Source: the human T2T-CHM13v2.0 reference genome, Homo sapiens. Taken from it: a stretch of 64,000 nucleotides of DNA. Numbering within the stretch: position 1 is the first letter of the stretch; each line of letters opens with the position of its first letter. The stretch is taken from the NCBI RefSeq assembly GCF_009914755.1, contig NC_060934.1; one strand, 5' to 3'. The notes beneath the pieces were generated by a model. The model had not been told where the DNA came from and made no database searches. It saw only the letters and a program-made list of their open reading frames with translations. Below are positions 1-61,726 of this stretch, one piece after another. The translations under genes were made by a program, and so were the position numbers.

Positions 1-522
1 AAAAAAAAAGAAAGTTGAGAGTTAACAGCATGTCATAAAATAAAAGCAAGAAAGAAATGTGTAGGAGCAGACCCCAATGAAGTTCAACATTTAATGTCAT
101 TTACTTCCTCCTACTTCTTAGTCAATCACCTCTGCCTTATCCAAGTGCACTTCACTTTCCCCTGCGCTGCTTACAGGGATGGCATATGACACAGCCCCAG
201 GGGACACATTACTATGTTGTGCTCCAGGGAGGGCCTGCCTTTGCCTTCATGACCTTTTCCAAGGTGACATCATGTGCCTATAATATCTTTTCTCCATTTG
301 CCAACTCAGTTTTCTCCAATTCCTTAAACAGCCAGTGAATTCACGGAAATCCTCTTCCATTAAATCCTTTTGCTGCAGACCACAGAATAGCAACTATCCT
401 GAATATTCTGACCCCTGAATAGCAAATTACCACTCTGCTGAATCAAAATGTGGAACTCTTACTCGTTCCCAGTTCTTTTTCCAATTAGATGCCTTGTTGT
501 TTACTCTTAAAATCAACTTAGG

Positions 523-697
523 TCTCTTTCCTTTCTTTCCTCTTTTTCCTTTCTTCCTTTCCTTCCTTTCCTTTCCTTCCCTTCCTTCCTCCCCTTCCTT
601 CCTCTCCTTCCCTTCCTTCCCTTCCCTCCCTTTCTTCCCTCCCTCCCTTCCTTCCTTCTTTCTTTTCTCTTTTTCTTTCATCTTTCTTTCTTTTTTG
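523..697. repeat. Polypyrimidine (CCTT/CTTT)n tract, the expanded tail of the adjacent minus-strand Alu
   Basis: Almost pure C/T for about 170 nt. Confidence 0.9.
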
Positions 698-698
698 A

Positions 699-806
<108 letters not shown>

Positions 807-1654
807 TAGCTGGGATTACAGGCACGCACCACCACACCTGGCTAATTTTTGTATTTTTAGTAGAGACGGGGTTTTACCATGTTGGCCAGGCTGGTCTGGA
901 ATGCCTGACCTCGTAATCTGCCCTCCTCAGCCTCCCAAAGTGCTGGGATTATAGACATGAGCCACCACGCCCGGCCTATTTATTTATTTTTGAAACCAGT
1001 TCTCACTCTGTCGCCCAGGCTGGAGTGCAGTGGCAAGATCATGGCTCACTGCAGCCTTGACTTACCAGACTGAATCAATCCTCCCATCTCAGCCTCTCAA
1101 GTAGCTGGGACAACAGACACGTGCCACCATGCCCGGCTAATGTTTATATTTTTTGTACAGACAGGGCCTTGCCATGTTGCCCAGGCTGGTCTTGACCTTC
1201 TGGGCTCAAACCATCTGACTACCTCAGCCTTCCAAAGTGCTGGGATTACAGGTGTGAACCACCATGCCTTACCCAAATTAGGCTTATCTTGATGCAAACA
1301 CCTTGTTGTCTGTTGCTATTTGGTTTATTGTTTCTGTGTCATTGTCTGTGTGTTCGGCCATAGCAGTGATGTATGTGTCCTGATCTGGTGCTTACCCTGA
1401 AGAAATCATAGGCTGTGTCAGGTAGAGCCATGGACAGTCTGGATTATCTAGCACAGTTCTGTTGAAAATATTCATTTGATATGTCAAACTATGCATTTTG
1501 TTTTCTTTTTCTTTGTTTTATATAGAATCAGGGTCTCACTATGCTGCCCAGGCTGGTTTTGAACTCCTGGCTTCCCACCTTGGCCTCCCAAAGTGCTGGA
1601 ATTACAGGTGTGAGCGACCATGCCAAACCCAAACTGTGCATTTTGGCTCAGAAA

Positions 1655-2035
1655 ATGTTGTTAGGGCAGGAACACTTGGCAGATTTCTTGGTATTTACAA
1701 TTAGGCATTTAATACATACTTTTTAGAAATAACAACAACAACAAAGGAACTTGAGCTTCTCAAGTCTTAGCTTTGTCTAAAGCCCACAGGGTCTCTTTAG
1801 AAAGGATAATGTCTAAAATCAACATTATAAATATATTTATGGGAGACTGGTTTGAGTAATAAAACTCCGGTCTCCCGCAAAAATAAATAAAAATAAATAA
1901 GTAAATATATTTATGTTCTATATGCCAACATAGCAACTTCTCAGTGATGTTCAGTAAGGGATAAATTCCTCCATTTATTAAGTGTCTAATTGTAAATACC
2001 AGGAAATCTGCCAAGTGTTCCTGCCCTAACAACAT
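1655..2035. repeat. 60-bp inverted repeat (1655-1714 / 1976-2035) with 261-bp spacer
   Basis: The arms are reverse complements with 3 mismatches; the ORF track shows the same peptide MLLGQEHLADFLVFTIRHLI on both strands. Confidence 0.95.
1842..1901 (+). mobile_element. Tiny retroposed ERV-LTR 3'-end fragment with poly(A) tail and 14-bp TSD
   Basis: TSD taaatatatttatg at 1828-1841 and 1902-1915; insert ggagactggtttgagtAATAAAactccggtctcccgc plus an A-rich tail; resembles the poly(A) region of MER41-type LTRs. Confidence 0.7.
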
Positions 2036-2688
2036 CGGAGAACAACAGGAAGCCTGATCAACAGTGGCTTTTCCCCTCATAGCAAGTGCAGGGATAGGCA
2101 GTCCCCTGTAGTCCCAGCTACTCGGGAGGCTGATCAGCATAAAAGCTGCCCATAGTCGCCATCAGGGAGGGATCCGGGCTGCTCTCACCTGTCCATTCTG
2201 TCCTTCTTAGTTACAGTGGCTTTTGTCCTCACACTTGTCATCTCATGGCCAGTGGTGGCTGCTCCACTTCTAAGTTTCATGTCCCCAGGAAGATGGTAGC
2301 AAGAATTCGGGGGTGGAGGGACAAGGGAAAAAGACACTTCTTGTACTGAGGTATTGTCATTTTATTCAGGAAGGGAAGCCCTCCTTAGTGATTTCACTTA
2401 GATCTCATTGACCATCTCTCCCTACAAGGGAACAGAGAGACGGAGTTTGTAGCTTTTACAGCTTCTGTGACAGAGCTAGACAAGTGAGATGGGAGAAATG
2501 ATTGGGAGCTACCAATCAAGTACTTCAGACTTAAGAAAAAAATAGAAATCACATTATTGCATCTGCATATTTCCTAAAATCCTGTGAGCAACACATCTTA
2601 CGCTAATTTACTTGTGCAGATGTTGATTTCTATCTACATAATTTACAGAATGATCTCATTTCAAAAATTTCCACTCCATAAAATATGA

Positions 2689-3133
<445 letters not shown>

Positions 3134-3287
3134 TAGCCATGTGTCATTTTTCTTTCTTTCTTTTTTTTTTTTTTTTATGAGATGGGGTATTGCTCTGTTG
3201 CCCAGTCTGGAGTACAGAGGCACAATTATAGCTCACAGCAACCTCAAATTCCTGGGCTCAAGCAGTCTTCCTGCCTCAGCCTCTTGA

Positions 3288-3701
<414 letters not shown>

Positions 3702-3940
3702 TGAGGTGGCAAAAATTTCTTTGACTGGCAAGCAACAGCACCAAAGGTAATGTTACCTATCTTCCCACGTTTGTCCCCGCTTGGCACATTACATAAATTG
3801 GAGTCAGCCAGGTTCCATGGCTCATGCCTATAATCCCAGCAATTTGGGAGGCCAGGATGGGAGGATGGCTTGAGGACAGGAGTTCAAAACCAGCCTGGGC
3901 AACATAGTGAGACCCCGCCTCTACAAAAAATAAAAAATTA

Positions 3941-4081
<141 letters not shown>

Positions 4082-4124
4082 CTAAAAAAAAAAAAAAAAA
4101 TTAAGGGCTGGGCACAGTGGCTCA

Positions 4125-4510
<386 letters not shown>

Positions 4511-4634
4511 TTATCTTTGCAATGTCAGCAGTGGTTCTCTGGCCTTAAACACACATAAGGATCACGAGGAGGACTTGCAAACAATCCAATATCCAGTCCT
4601 CTCTACCCCATCCCCACCAACTCAGTTAGTGTAG

Positions 4635-4780
4635 ATATATATTTTATATATATATATGTGTGTGTGTGTGTGTATATATGTGTGTGTGTATATATATGTG
4701 TGTGTGTATATATGTGTATATATGTATATATGTGTATATATATGTGTATATATGTATATATATGTGTGTATATATGTGTA

Positions 4781-4829
<49 letters not shown>
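4635..4829. repeat. Compound (TA)n/(TG)n microsatellite
   Basis: Directly visible. Confidence 0.95.
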
Positions 4830-4832
<3 letters not shown>

Positions 4833-6154
4833 CTGTAGCTGGGCGATAGGAAGCAGGAAAAAAAAGATCTGTAGCCAACTTTCATATGCAATTAGGGTTA
4901 AAAACCAATAAGTTAGAAGAAACTCTAAGTCAGTTATGAATACTGGAACAATCATTCCTTCTATAAGACTGCCATAAAGTAAAAAGAACAATCTCTGTAG
5001 GTAAATTATACAATCTTCCAAAGGCCCTTTTACAACTTGCAGAGAGGAAATCAAGGAGTTGCTAGCAATATGAGAAATCTAAACCCAAATCCAAATTGCT
5101 TTCTGTGCAACTCTCCCTATGATGAGGCAGAAATGTGCTGAGCAAAGAGACATGCAAATACACACACCATCAGACTTGTCCCTGGGCCAAACTGTGAAGT
5201 GGTTTCCACCTGCTTTTGGTATCATATATGTTTCCTGGCTGCTTTCTTGCGTATATCCTTGTTTAATTCTGGTTCTTCTCATGAATGCCAATATTTGCCT
5301 GAGGGCACAGGGCCCTGGAAGGCCTCAGGTGCCCACCCAGATCTTGCTTTTCCCTCCATCTTTTCGTTTATTAAAACTTACCTTGCCGGGATCTGATTCT
5401 TTCTCAGCTCATTATCTTCTTAAAAAGCTTCTCAAACTAATTCCCAATGACAATGGGTCAGTCTTCATCATAATGCAGGCATTATTGGAATTTTTTTTTT
5501 TTTTTTTTTTTTGAGATGAAGTCTCCCTCTGTTGCCCAGGCTGGAATGCAGTGGTGCAATCTAAGCTCACTGCAATCTTTTGCTTCCCGGTTCAAGTGAT
5601 TCTCCTGCCTCAGCCTCCTAAGTAGCTGGGATCACAGGAGCCCACTATCACGCCCGGCTAAATTTTGTATTTTTAAAAGTAGAAATGGGGTTTCACCATT
5701 GTGGTCAGGCTGGTCTCGAACTCCTGACCTCAGGTGATCTGCCTGCCTCAGCCTCCCAAAGTGCTGTGATTACAGGCGTGAGCCACCATGCCCAGCCTGG
5801 AATAAAATTTAGTCATTAAAATAGGAGACCAAGTTCTGCTCTGGCAGTGGTTGACTAGATGGTGCTGAAACCTCTCACTGAAAACAAACTAGAAAAGATG
5901 TACAATATATACCATTAAGAGTGAAAAGACAAGCCAAAGAGTGATAAATAATAAAAATAACAAAAGAGCTCAGACCCAAAATATATGGGACTCCTACAAA
6001 TCACTAAGGATTGACAACACAATTAAAAAATGGCTGAGAGGCCAGGCACAGTGCCTCATGCCTGTAATCCCAGCGTTTTGGGAGGCCAAGCAAAATCACT
6101 TGAGACCAGGAGTTCAAAATTAGACTGGGCAACATAGCAAGACCCCTGTCTCTA

Positions 6155-6422
<268 letters not shown>

Positions 6423-6533
6423 CCTCGGGACGCTGAGGCAGGAGAATCATTTGAACCCGGGAGGCGGAGGTTGCAGTGAGCCGAAATGGCACCACTGCAC
6501 CCCAGCCTGGGCGACAGAGCAAGACTCTGTCTC

Positions 6534-6569
<36 letters not shown>

Positions 6570-6705
6570 GGCCGGGTGCAGTGGCTCATGCCTGTAATCC
6601 TAGCACTTTGGGAGGCCGAGGTGGGCGGATCACCTGAGGTCAGGAGTTCGAGACCAGCCTGACCAACATGGAGAAACCTCATCTCTACTGAAAATACAAA
6701 GTTCA

Positions 6706-6899
<194 letters not shown>

Positions 6900-7174
6900 C
6901 TAGCTACTTGGAAGGCTGAGGTGGGAGGATTGTTTTAGCCCAGGATTTTGAGGCTGCAGTGAGCTATGACTGCATCACTGCACTCTAGCCTGGGTGACAG
7001 AAAGAGACCCTGTCTCAAAAAAAAATTGGTGAAAGACTTCACAAAAGGGAACACTGAAAAGTCAATACACATGAAAAGTTTCTTAAGCTCATTATATGCA
7101 AAGAAATGCTAATTAAAACCACAGTGTATATACCTACTACACCCATGAGAATGGCCAAAATTTAAAAGACTAAC

Positions 7175-7241
7175 AGTTGGTCCAAGAGTTGTGGGTTGTT
7201 AAGCTGATTAATATTGTCTCCCTCTACAACCATGCTTGACT
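7175..7241 (+). pseudogene. Y5 RNA (RNY5-like) retropseudogene
   Basis: agttggtccaagagttgtgggttgttaagctgattaatattgtctccctctacaaccatgcttgact closely follows hY5 (AGTTGGTCCGAGTGTTGTGGG...ATTGTCTCCCCCCACAACCGCGCTTGACT); A-rich tail; TSD aaaagactaaca at 7164-7175 and 7607-7618. Confidence 0.85.
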
Positions 7242-7275
7242 CCAAAAAATAAAGAAAATAAAAAATAAAAATACT

Positions 7276-7682
<407 letters not shown>

Positions 7683-7772
7683 TCACTTTGGAAAACTGTT
7701 TAGTTGTATCTGCTAAAGTTGCTCACACACATGTATCCTATGACTTTGCAATTTCACCTGTTACAGAAATAG

Positions 7773-8204
<432 letters not shown>

Positions 8205-8767
8205 TAAATAAATAAAATAAAATTATTGAGATGTACCTGGAAGTGCTCCTCAAACTTTACTGTATGTTTGACTCACCTGGAGATCTTGTTAAAAGGTAGA
8301 TTTTATCCAGTAGTCTGCGGCAAGCTCCAGTTGATGCCCACACTGGTCCACCGAGCATGCTTTGACTAGCAAGGACCTAGGGCGCTTCCCAAACTATGTT
8401 CCACCAACAGTAACGTTTTGCAAAGTGTTGACATTATTAAATTACTAAAATATAATAAAAATTTACTTTAAAAACATAATACTGGCTGGGTACAGTGGCT
8501 CATGCCTATAATCCCCATACTTTGGGAGGCCGAGGCAGGAGGATCACTTGAACTCAGGAGTTTGAGACTAGCCTGGGCAACAAAATGAGACCCCATCTCT
8601 ACAAAAAATTCAAAAATTAGCTGGATGTGGTGGTGCATGCCTGTAGTCCCAACTACTGGAGAGACGAAGTGGGAGGCTGGCTTGAGCCTGGGAGGCAGAG
8701 GTTGCAGGGGGCCAAGATCGCGTCACTGCACTCCAGCCTGGGCAACAGAGCCCGACTCTGTCTTAAA

Positions 8768-8785
8768 CGCGCACACACACACACA

Positions 8786-8852
<67 letters not shown>
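8768..8852. repeat. Compound (CA)n(CT)n(TA)n microsatellite at an Alu tail
   Basis: Directly visible. Confidence 0.95.
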
Positions 8853-8859
<7 letters not shown>

Positions 8860-9165
8860 GGTTACTCTTATTTTGTAAGAATTTGTTTTTAAAAGTCAGT
8901 GTGCCATAGCAGAGAATAATAACCTCATAAACATAAAGCTCAGTAAACAACTATGTGCCAGGTACTGTGACACTACCTAATTTAATCCAGAAGAATATGC
9001 CTGGAAGTGGCAGGAAAGGTCATCCCATGATGAACATGAGCTCTCTGACACTTCGCTGGAAAAGCAGCACTTAGCAATTGGCATCTCTGTGATGGATTGT
9101 CTATTGATGGGGCTGGAAAACTTCTGTAAAACACTAGGTGGTAAATATTTAGGCTTTCTGGATAT

Positions 9166-9764
9166 TGAGACTCAGGAAATGCTACCTCAAAGCGAAAGCC
9201 TCAGAAGCAGCTCTCTCTGACCTCCTCCTGCCCTCCTGTCTCTTCCCCGCTTTCTCCCCCAGGGCATGCCACGGAAACTAGAATCCTTCTTCTCCACAGT
9301 GGGTTATAAAGCCTAAAAACATTACTCTAACCTCTCCCCACCTTTCTGTCTAGAGATGGTCATAAAGAAATTCCCTGACCTATCTGGCTTGACAGTAGGT
9401 CATAAGACCCCCATTCCAGGATCCTGTTCCATACCTGAGAGGAAGAAATGCTACAACAGAGACACCAAGAAGAACCTCAACAGACAGGTCTTGCTGGGCT
9501 TCCTCCTCTCGGTCTACTACATTAGATCACACCCTTTGCCACAGTTGTACATGACTGTCCACTCTTCATTGCATCGAAGCATACAAATGGACAGTTTTTC
9601 CTATATCTCTGGGTCTTCATTTTGAAGGCTCCCATGTCATGTAAAACCATGATTAAATAAACTTGTTACACTTTTCTCTTGTTAACCGTCTCTTTTGTTA
9701 TAGAAGTGTCTGCTGCGACCCTTATGATGGGAAGAAAAGGTATCACACCCTTTTCACCCCTACA
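9166..9764 (+). mobile_element. ERV1-class solo LTR (MER39/MER34-like) inserted into a MER58-like hAT element (~9108-9905)
   Basis: TG...CA termini; attaaataaa poly(A) region near 9652; flanks read as the two halves of MER58. Family assigned by recognition only. Confidence 0.65.
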
Positions 9765-9993
9765 CAGATCATAGGGTCTGTATCATAACTACTAAGCTCT
9801 GCCATTATAGCATGAAAGCATAAATATGTAAAAGAATGAGCATAACTGTGGTCCAAAAAACTTCATTGACAAAAAACATGGCAGGCCATAGTTTCCAACC
9901 TTTGGCCTATTGAATCTTTAGTCAATGATATGTGTCTTGTTTTAAAATTTGCATACATTTTACCTGAGAAAATGTTATAAATCTATAGTTTGG

Positions 9994-10149
9994 TTTCTTT
10001 CTTTCTTTTCCTTTCTTTCTTTCTTCCTTTCTTTCTTTCATTCGTTCGTTCTTTCTTCTTTCGTTCTTTCTCTCTCTTTCCTTCCTTCCTTCTCTCTTTC
10101 TCTTTCTCTCTCTCTCTTTCTTTTCTTTTCTTTCTTTTTTTGTCTTTTT

Positions 10150-10151
<2 letters not shown>
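9994..10151. repeat. (CTTT)n/(CT)n polypyrimidine tract at an Alu tail
   Basis: Directly visible. Confidence 0.9.
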
Positions 10152-20820
<10,669 letters not shown>

Positions 20821-21546
20821 CCTAAAAAACAATAGGGGGACCTGCTGAGTCCCCTGAGTCCCTCCATGTATCATGAATGAGAGGACGACTGTCCCAACTC
20901 ATAAATCCTGGAGTTGCTCTGTTGCTCTTGGCCTCTGTGTGGGGCTGCCACATCGTCCCTGAGAACAATGCTGACTGTGCGGGCTGGACCACTGTCCTAT
21001 GCTGGAAAAGTGAGGAACAAGCAGATTCCTCTTGAAATGCCTGCCTGAGCCAACTGGCCACTATATGAGTAGAAAAATTATTTTGACAGGGATCAAGAAG
21101 ACAGAGATTGAACAAGATATCTGCCTAAACTGCAGCTGGAGATGTGGCAAGAAGATGTAAGGACTCATTGTAGAGGAGAGAAATATTTTTTCTATCCTTT
21201 TTATTTTCATCCCTGTAAGGGCAGGAACAAATCTTTCTGGGTTTGGAGTCAGTGACAATACTCACAGCAAGGAGTCCAACATCAAATACTGAGATTCTTG
21301 TTTTACAAAAGTGATCTATTCTTAAGGTTGTGAAATTGAGTCTTCTATTTGACAAAAATCATTGTTACCCAGAAACACTTTTAAAATGTTAATATAATTC
21401 ACTGCTTTCTGCATTATGAACAATGAAAGCAAGAAATCTGGTCAAACTGGGATGTTGAGAGGTAGGCTGAGGACTGGCCACTGTACTATTTCACTAAAAC
21501 TGGAAAAATAATACAAATGCAGACTCCAGAGGTGAAATTCAGGCGA

Positions 21547-21552
21547 TTTATT
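21547..21552 (-). terminator. Candidate poly(A) signal AATAAA
   Basis: Minus strand ACAATAAATC followed by a U/GU-rich tract (TTTGTATTATTTTT); other AATAAA at 21997-22002 and 21200-21205. Confidence 0.55.
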
Positions 21553-21855
21553 GTAAACAGGATAACCCTAGCACTCCACCATACTGGCTGTGTCACATGC
21601 TCCCTCTTTCACATCAACTGGTCAAAAAAGAAGACTTTCTTAAGAAGCCTCAGGTAACTAATAACTTAGTTCCACAAATCTCATTTACTAAGCACTGCGT
21701 AAACTGCAGTATCTGGGGTAGTCTGTTATTGCTCATGGACTGCAGCTTGGACCCATCTAAATGAATCCATTAGTATGCCTGAGTGATCAACAGCAGCTCT
21801 AGATCCAACCTGGAAATTGGAAAATGCTGACGCATACCAAACAATTGCAGGTTCA

Positions 21856-21863
21856 TGGAAGAC
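21856..21863 (-). promoter_or_regulatory. miR-7-5p 8mer site (GTCTTCCA), distal
   Basis: Plus strand tggaagacta equals miR-7 nt 1-10. Confidence 0.5.
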
Positions 21864-23678
21864 TACATGAGATTGCTCTCAGATCTCTTCATGTGTCATT
21901 CTCATAAAAAAGACACTTAAATTTCACCCATTTTTTAAAAAAGAGCTAAAAGTTACTCAATAGCACATAATTTTCCACATAAAAGGTAGGTGGATTTTTA
22001 TTTACTAGTACAGTGGTGGATCGGAACACTCAGGCCTAATTTCAGATCTGTCTTGTATATACTTGCAGTTTAATGAAAAGCTGCATAGTCTACAAATACA
22101 TAAAACCAGAAGGAAGTGATGATTTCACACACCTTCTGATGGATAAAGACAGGCTTCATATAAGGAGGTTCTTGAAGGTAGGGATAAAAAGATGGTTACA
22201 GCACCACATTGATCTGACAGTAGAAATGGAGCCCCGCTTTTGAAAGCAGCCCCATAGTTGTGACTATATCGTTCTTGCCCAAAATTGAGATTTGGAAAAT
22301 GGCAAATGTAAAAACTTAAGATGTGAAAAGGTATGACTTTACAGAAGAAAGTCCTAGCCAATCAAATCATATGGGGAGGTAAAATGTCCTTCAAAAATGC
22401 CATTCTTTACTTTGCCTGAGTTAGTGGATGACAGGGCCACTTACTGTTACTAGTGCTTGTATATGGAAATATATTCACAATTTCTCTTGAAGCAAGTTTT
22501 AATAACAGTAAATATTTCAAAACAGCTGTTAAATCTACAGTAACAATTTCACCTAAAATAGTATCTCATGAAAAAAATATTTTTTTAAAAGTCTACTCCA
22601 GTCATCATCTGTGTTTATATGTTTATATTTATATATTCAAAAAATAACTTAACATTTAAGGCAAGATTAGACTGGTAGCAACAAGGGATTTTAGAGTTTT
22701 ATGAAGACCTGCTATATAAGAATGCAAGGCTTTACTTTTTATATTTCCAAAAAGGTGGCTTTGTATTGGCTGCCTTTTAAATTCATAAAGGGGCAAGATA
22801 TTTTGGTTCACATACTGACTGCAATTTCACTGTAATAAAAAGTTATACAGGTGGTTACAAAAAGCTGATGTTGGAAAAGCATGTCACACACTCAGTAGGA
22901 TCTGAAGTTGACCCTATTTGTACGTGTTAAATAAATATGTTGTGTTAAAGCAATATGTTGATGAGGAAAAGTAAAACTCATGGAACACTGCAAACCAACT
23001 ATGAAGAAGTAGGTCAATATAATTCAATCAGAATGAAAGAAACCACAGTAATCCTGAGAAATTCGGTTTAGGACAAAATTGATGTAAGGTAAGTCTGTAT
23101 TTCTAGCATTGTAAATAAGTAGGGTTTTCTAGCATTTTACGAGTTGGCATAAAAAACATGTTCAAATTTTATAAAAAGATTAAAACCATGCCTTATATAA
23201 CCAGCATTTCACTAATAAAAGATGACATTGCTTTATCATCTGCCAAATGTAATGTTTTCCACTGATTTACATGAAACCATCAAGTAGAAAGCAAATTTGA
23301 GGATCAATTTTTAAAAAGTTATTACCTTTCTAAATGTTGTGAAGCCTTCTATGTCAAGCTAGGAGGCTTTTAGAAAAGAGCTAACTTTTAACTTTCTTCG
23401 GACAAGTGACTATTTTACAGAATAGGGAAGGAAGATTCTATAGGAATATCATTCATTTTAAGCATTGTTATATTGGGGAAATTTCTCTCAGTAATCAAAA
23501 GAAAAATTTTAAAATATTTAAGAGGCATGTATTTAAAAAATATTCTACATCTATAAGATTTTGTAATTTACTTTGGATTTATAATATTTCTACATAATGA
23601 CATTTGACAATTTTTTGTTTGTTTCTCTAATAGTGAATCAGAAACTATTAAAGTGGCCAAGATGATTTTCTTAGGCTC

Positions 23679-23686
23679 TGGAAGAC
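23679..23686 (-). promoter_or_regulatory. miR-7-5p 8mer site (GTCTTCCA), proximal
   Basis: Plus strand tggaagact equals miR-7 nt 1-9; about 45 nt after the stop codon. Confidence 0.6.
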
Positions 23687-23729
23687 TCAGGAATGCATCC
23701 ACTTGCACTTTCCCATGCATGGGGAATCT

Positions 23730-59883
<36,154 letters not shown>

Positions 59884-60360
59884 CTAGAGATAGAAAAAAC
59901 AAACAAAAAAACCCTGTAAACTCATACTGTATATATGAATTTAAAGAACCTGACTCAGGACAATATAAACAATATCCAAGAATGTGCTGGGCCTCTTAAG
60001 ACCCAGCAAATCCTGTAAGGCTTAGTCCAAACAAGCAATACATGAATAGAGGTTTCTGATCATAGTCCCTGTTATCCTTTAGTTACAGTCCATTATTTTT
60101 AGTATGAAAAAGTGCTCGCAGGAGAGATTCCTCTAGGTTGCTACTGACTAAAATTTAAAAAGAAGAGTAGCTAGGGGAAAAAAATGTAACAAGGTCAGTT
60201 AAAAACAGTCAGTTAAAAAACAGTCCTAAAAAAAGCAAAGAAGTTGCGGATGTAGTGGCTTATGCCTGAAATCCCAGCACTTTAGGAGGCTGAGGCAGGA
60301 TGCTCACTTGAGCCCAGGAGTTCAAGAGCAATCTGGGCAAAATAGTGGGACCCGTCTCTA

Positions 60361-60510
<150 letters not shown>

Positions 60511-60766
60511 TCAAAACCTTGTCTCTTTAAAAAAAAAAAAACCAAAAAGGCAAAAAAAGTACTCCTTCCTAGGAGTATCTCAGGTGCAGAATTAACAGGA
60601 ATGACTAATAAAACCTGCTGGCTCATCCAGAGATTTTAAAAACGTGACACACATACCCAAGAAACTTTTATTATTGCTTGCTACATTTGTGCTCTATGTT
60701 TTTTTCCCTGCCAGAGACTAGCATCAAATATGTCTACTACAAATACACAGGCCTTCCTGCTACTAG

Positions 60767-61211
<445 letters not shown>

Positions 61212-61360
61212 TGATGCGACAGTAGAAACAGCCCAGAAGAGAAGTCAGATGGAAAAAAGTGTTCAAGGATGGGCATGGTGACTCATGCCTGTAATCCCAG
61301 CACTTTGGGAGGCCAAGGCGGGAAGATCACGAGGTCAAGAGATCGAGATCATCCTGGCTA

Positions 61361-61726
<366 letters not shown>

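Larger units (their letters stand above)
21000..23729 (-). other. IDE: IDE 3' UTR (distal end approximate)
   Basis: AT-rich, repeat-free stretch of about 2.7 kb after the stop codon in an otherwise Alu-saturated window; several minus-strand AATAAA hexamers. Confidence 0.75.
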
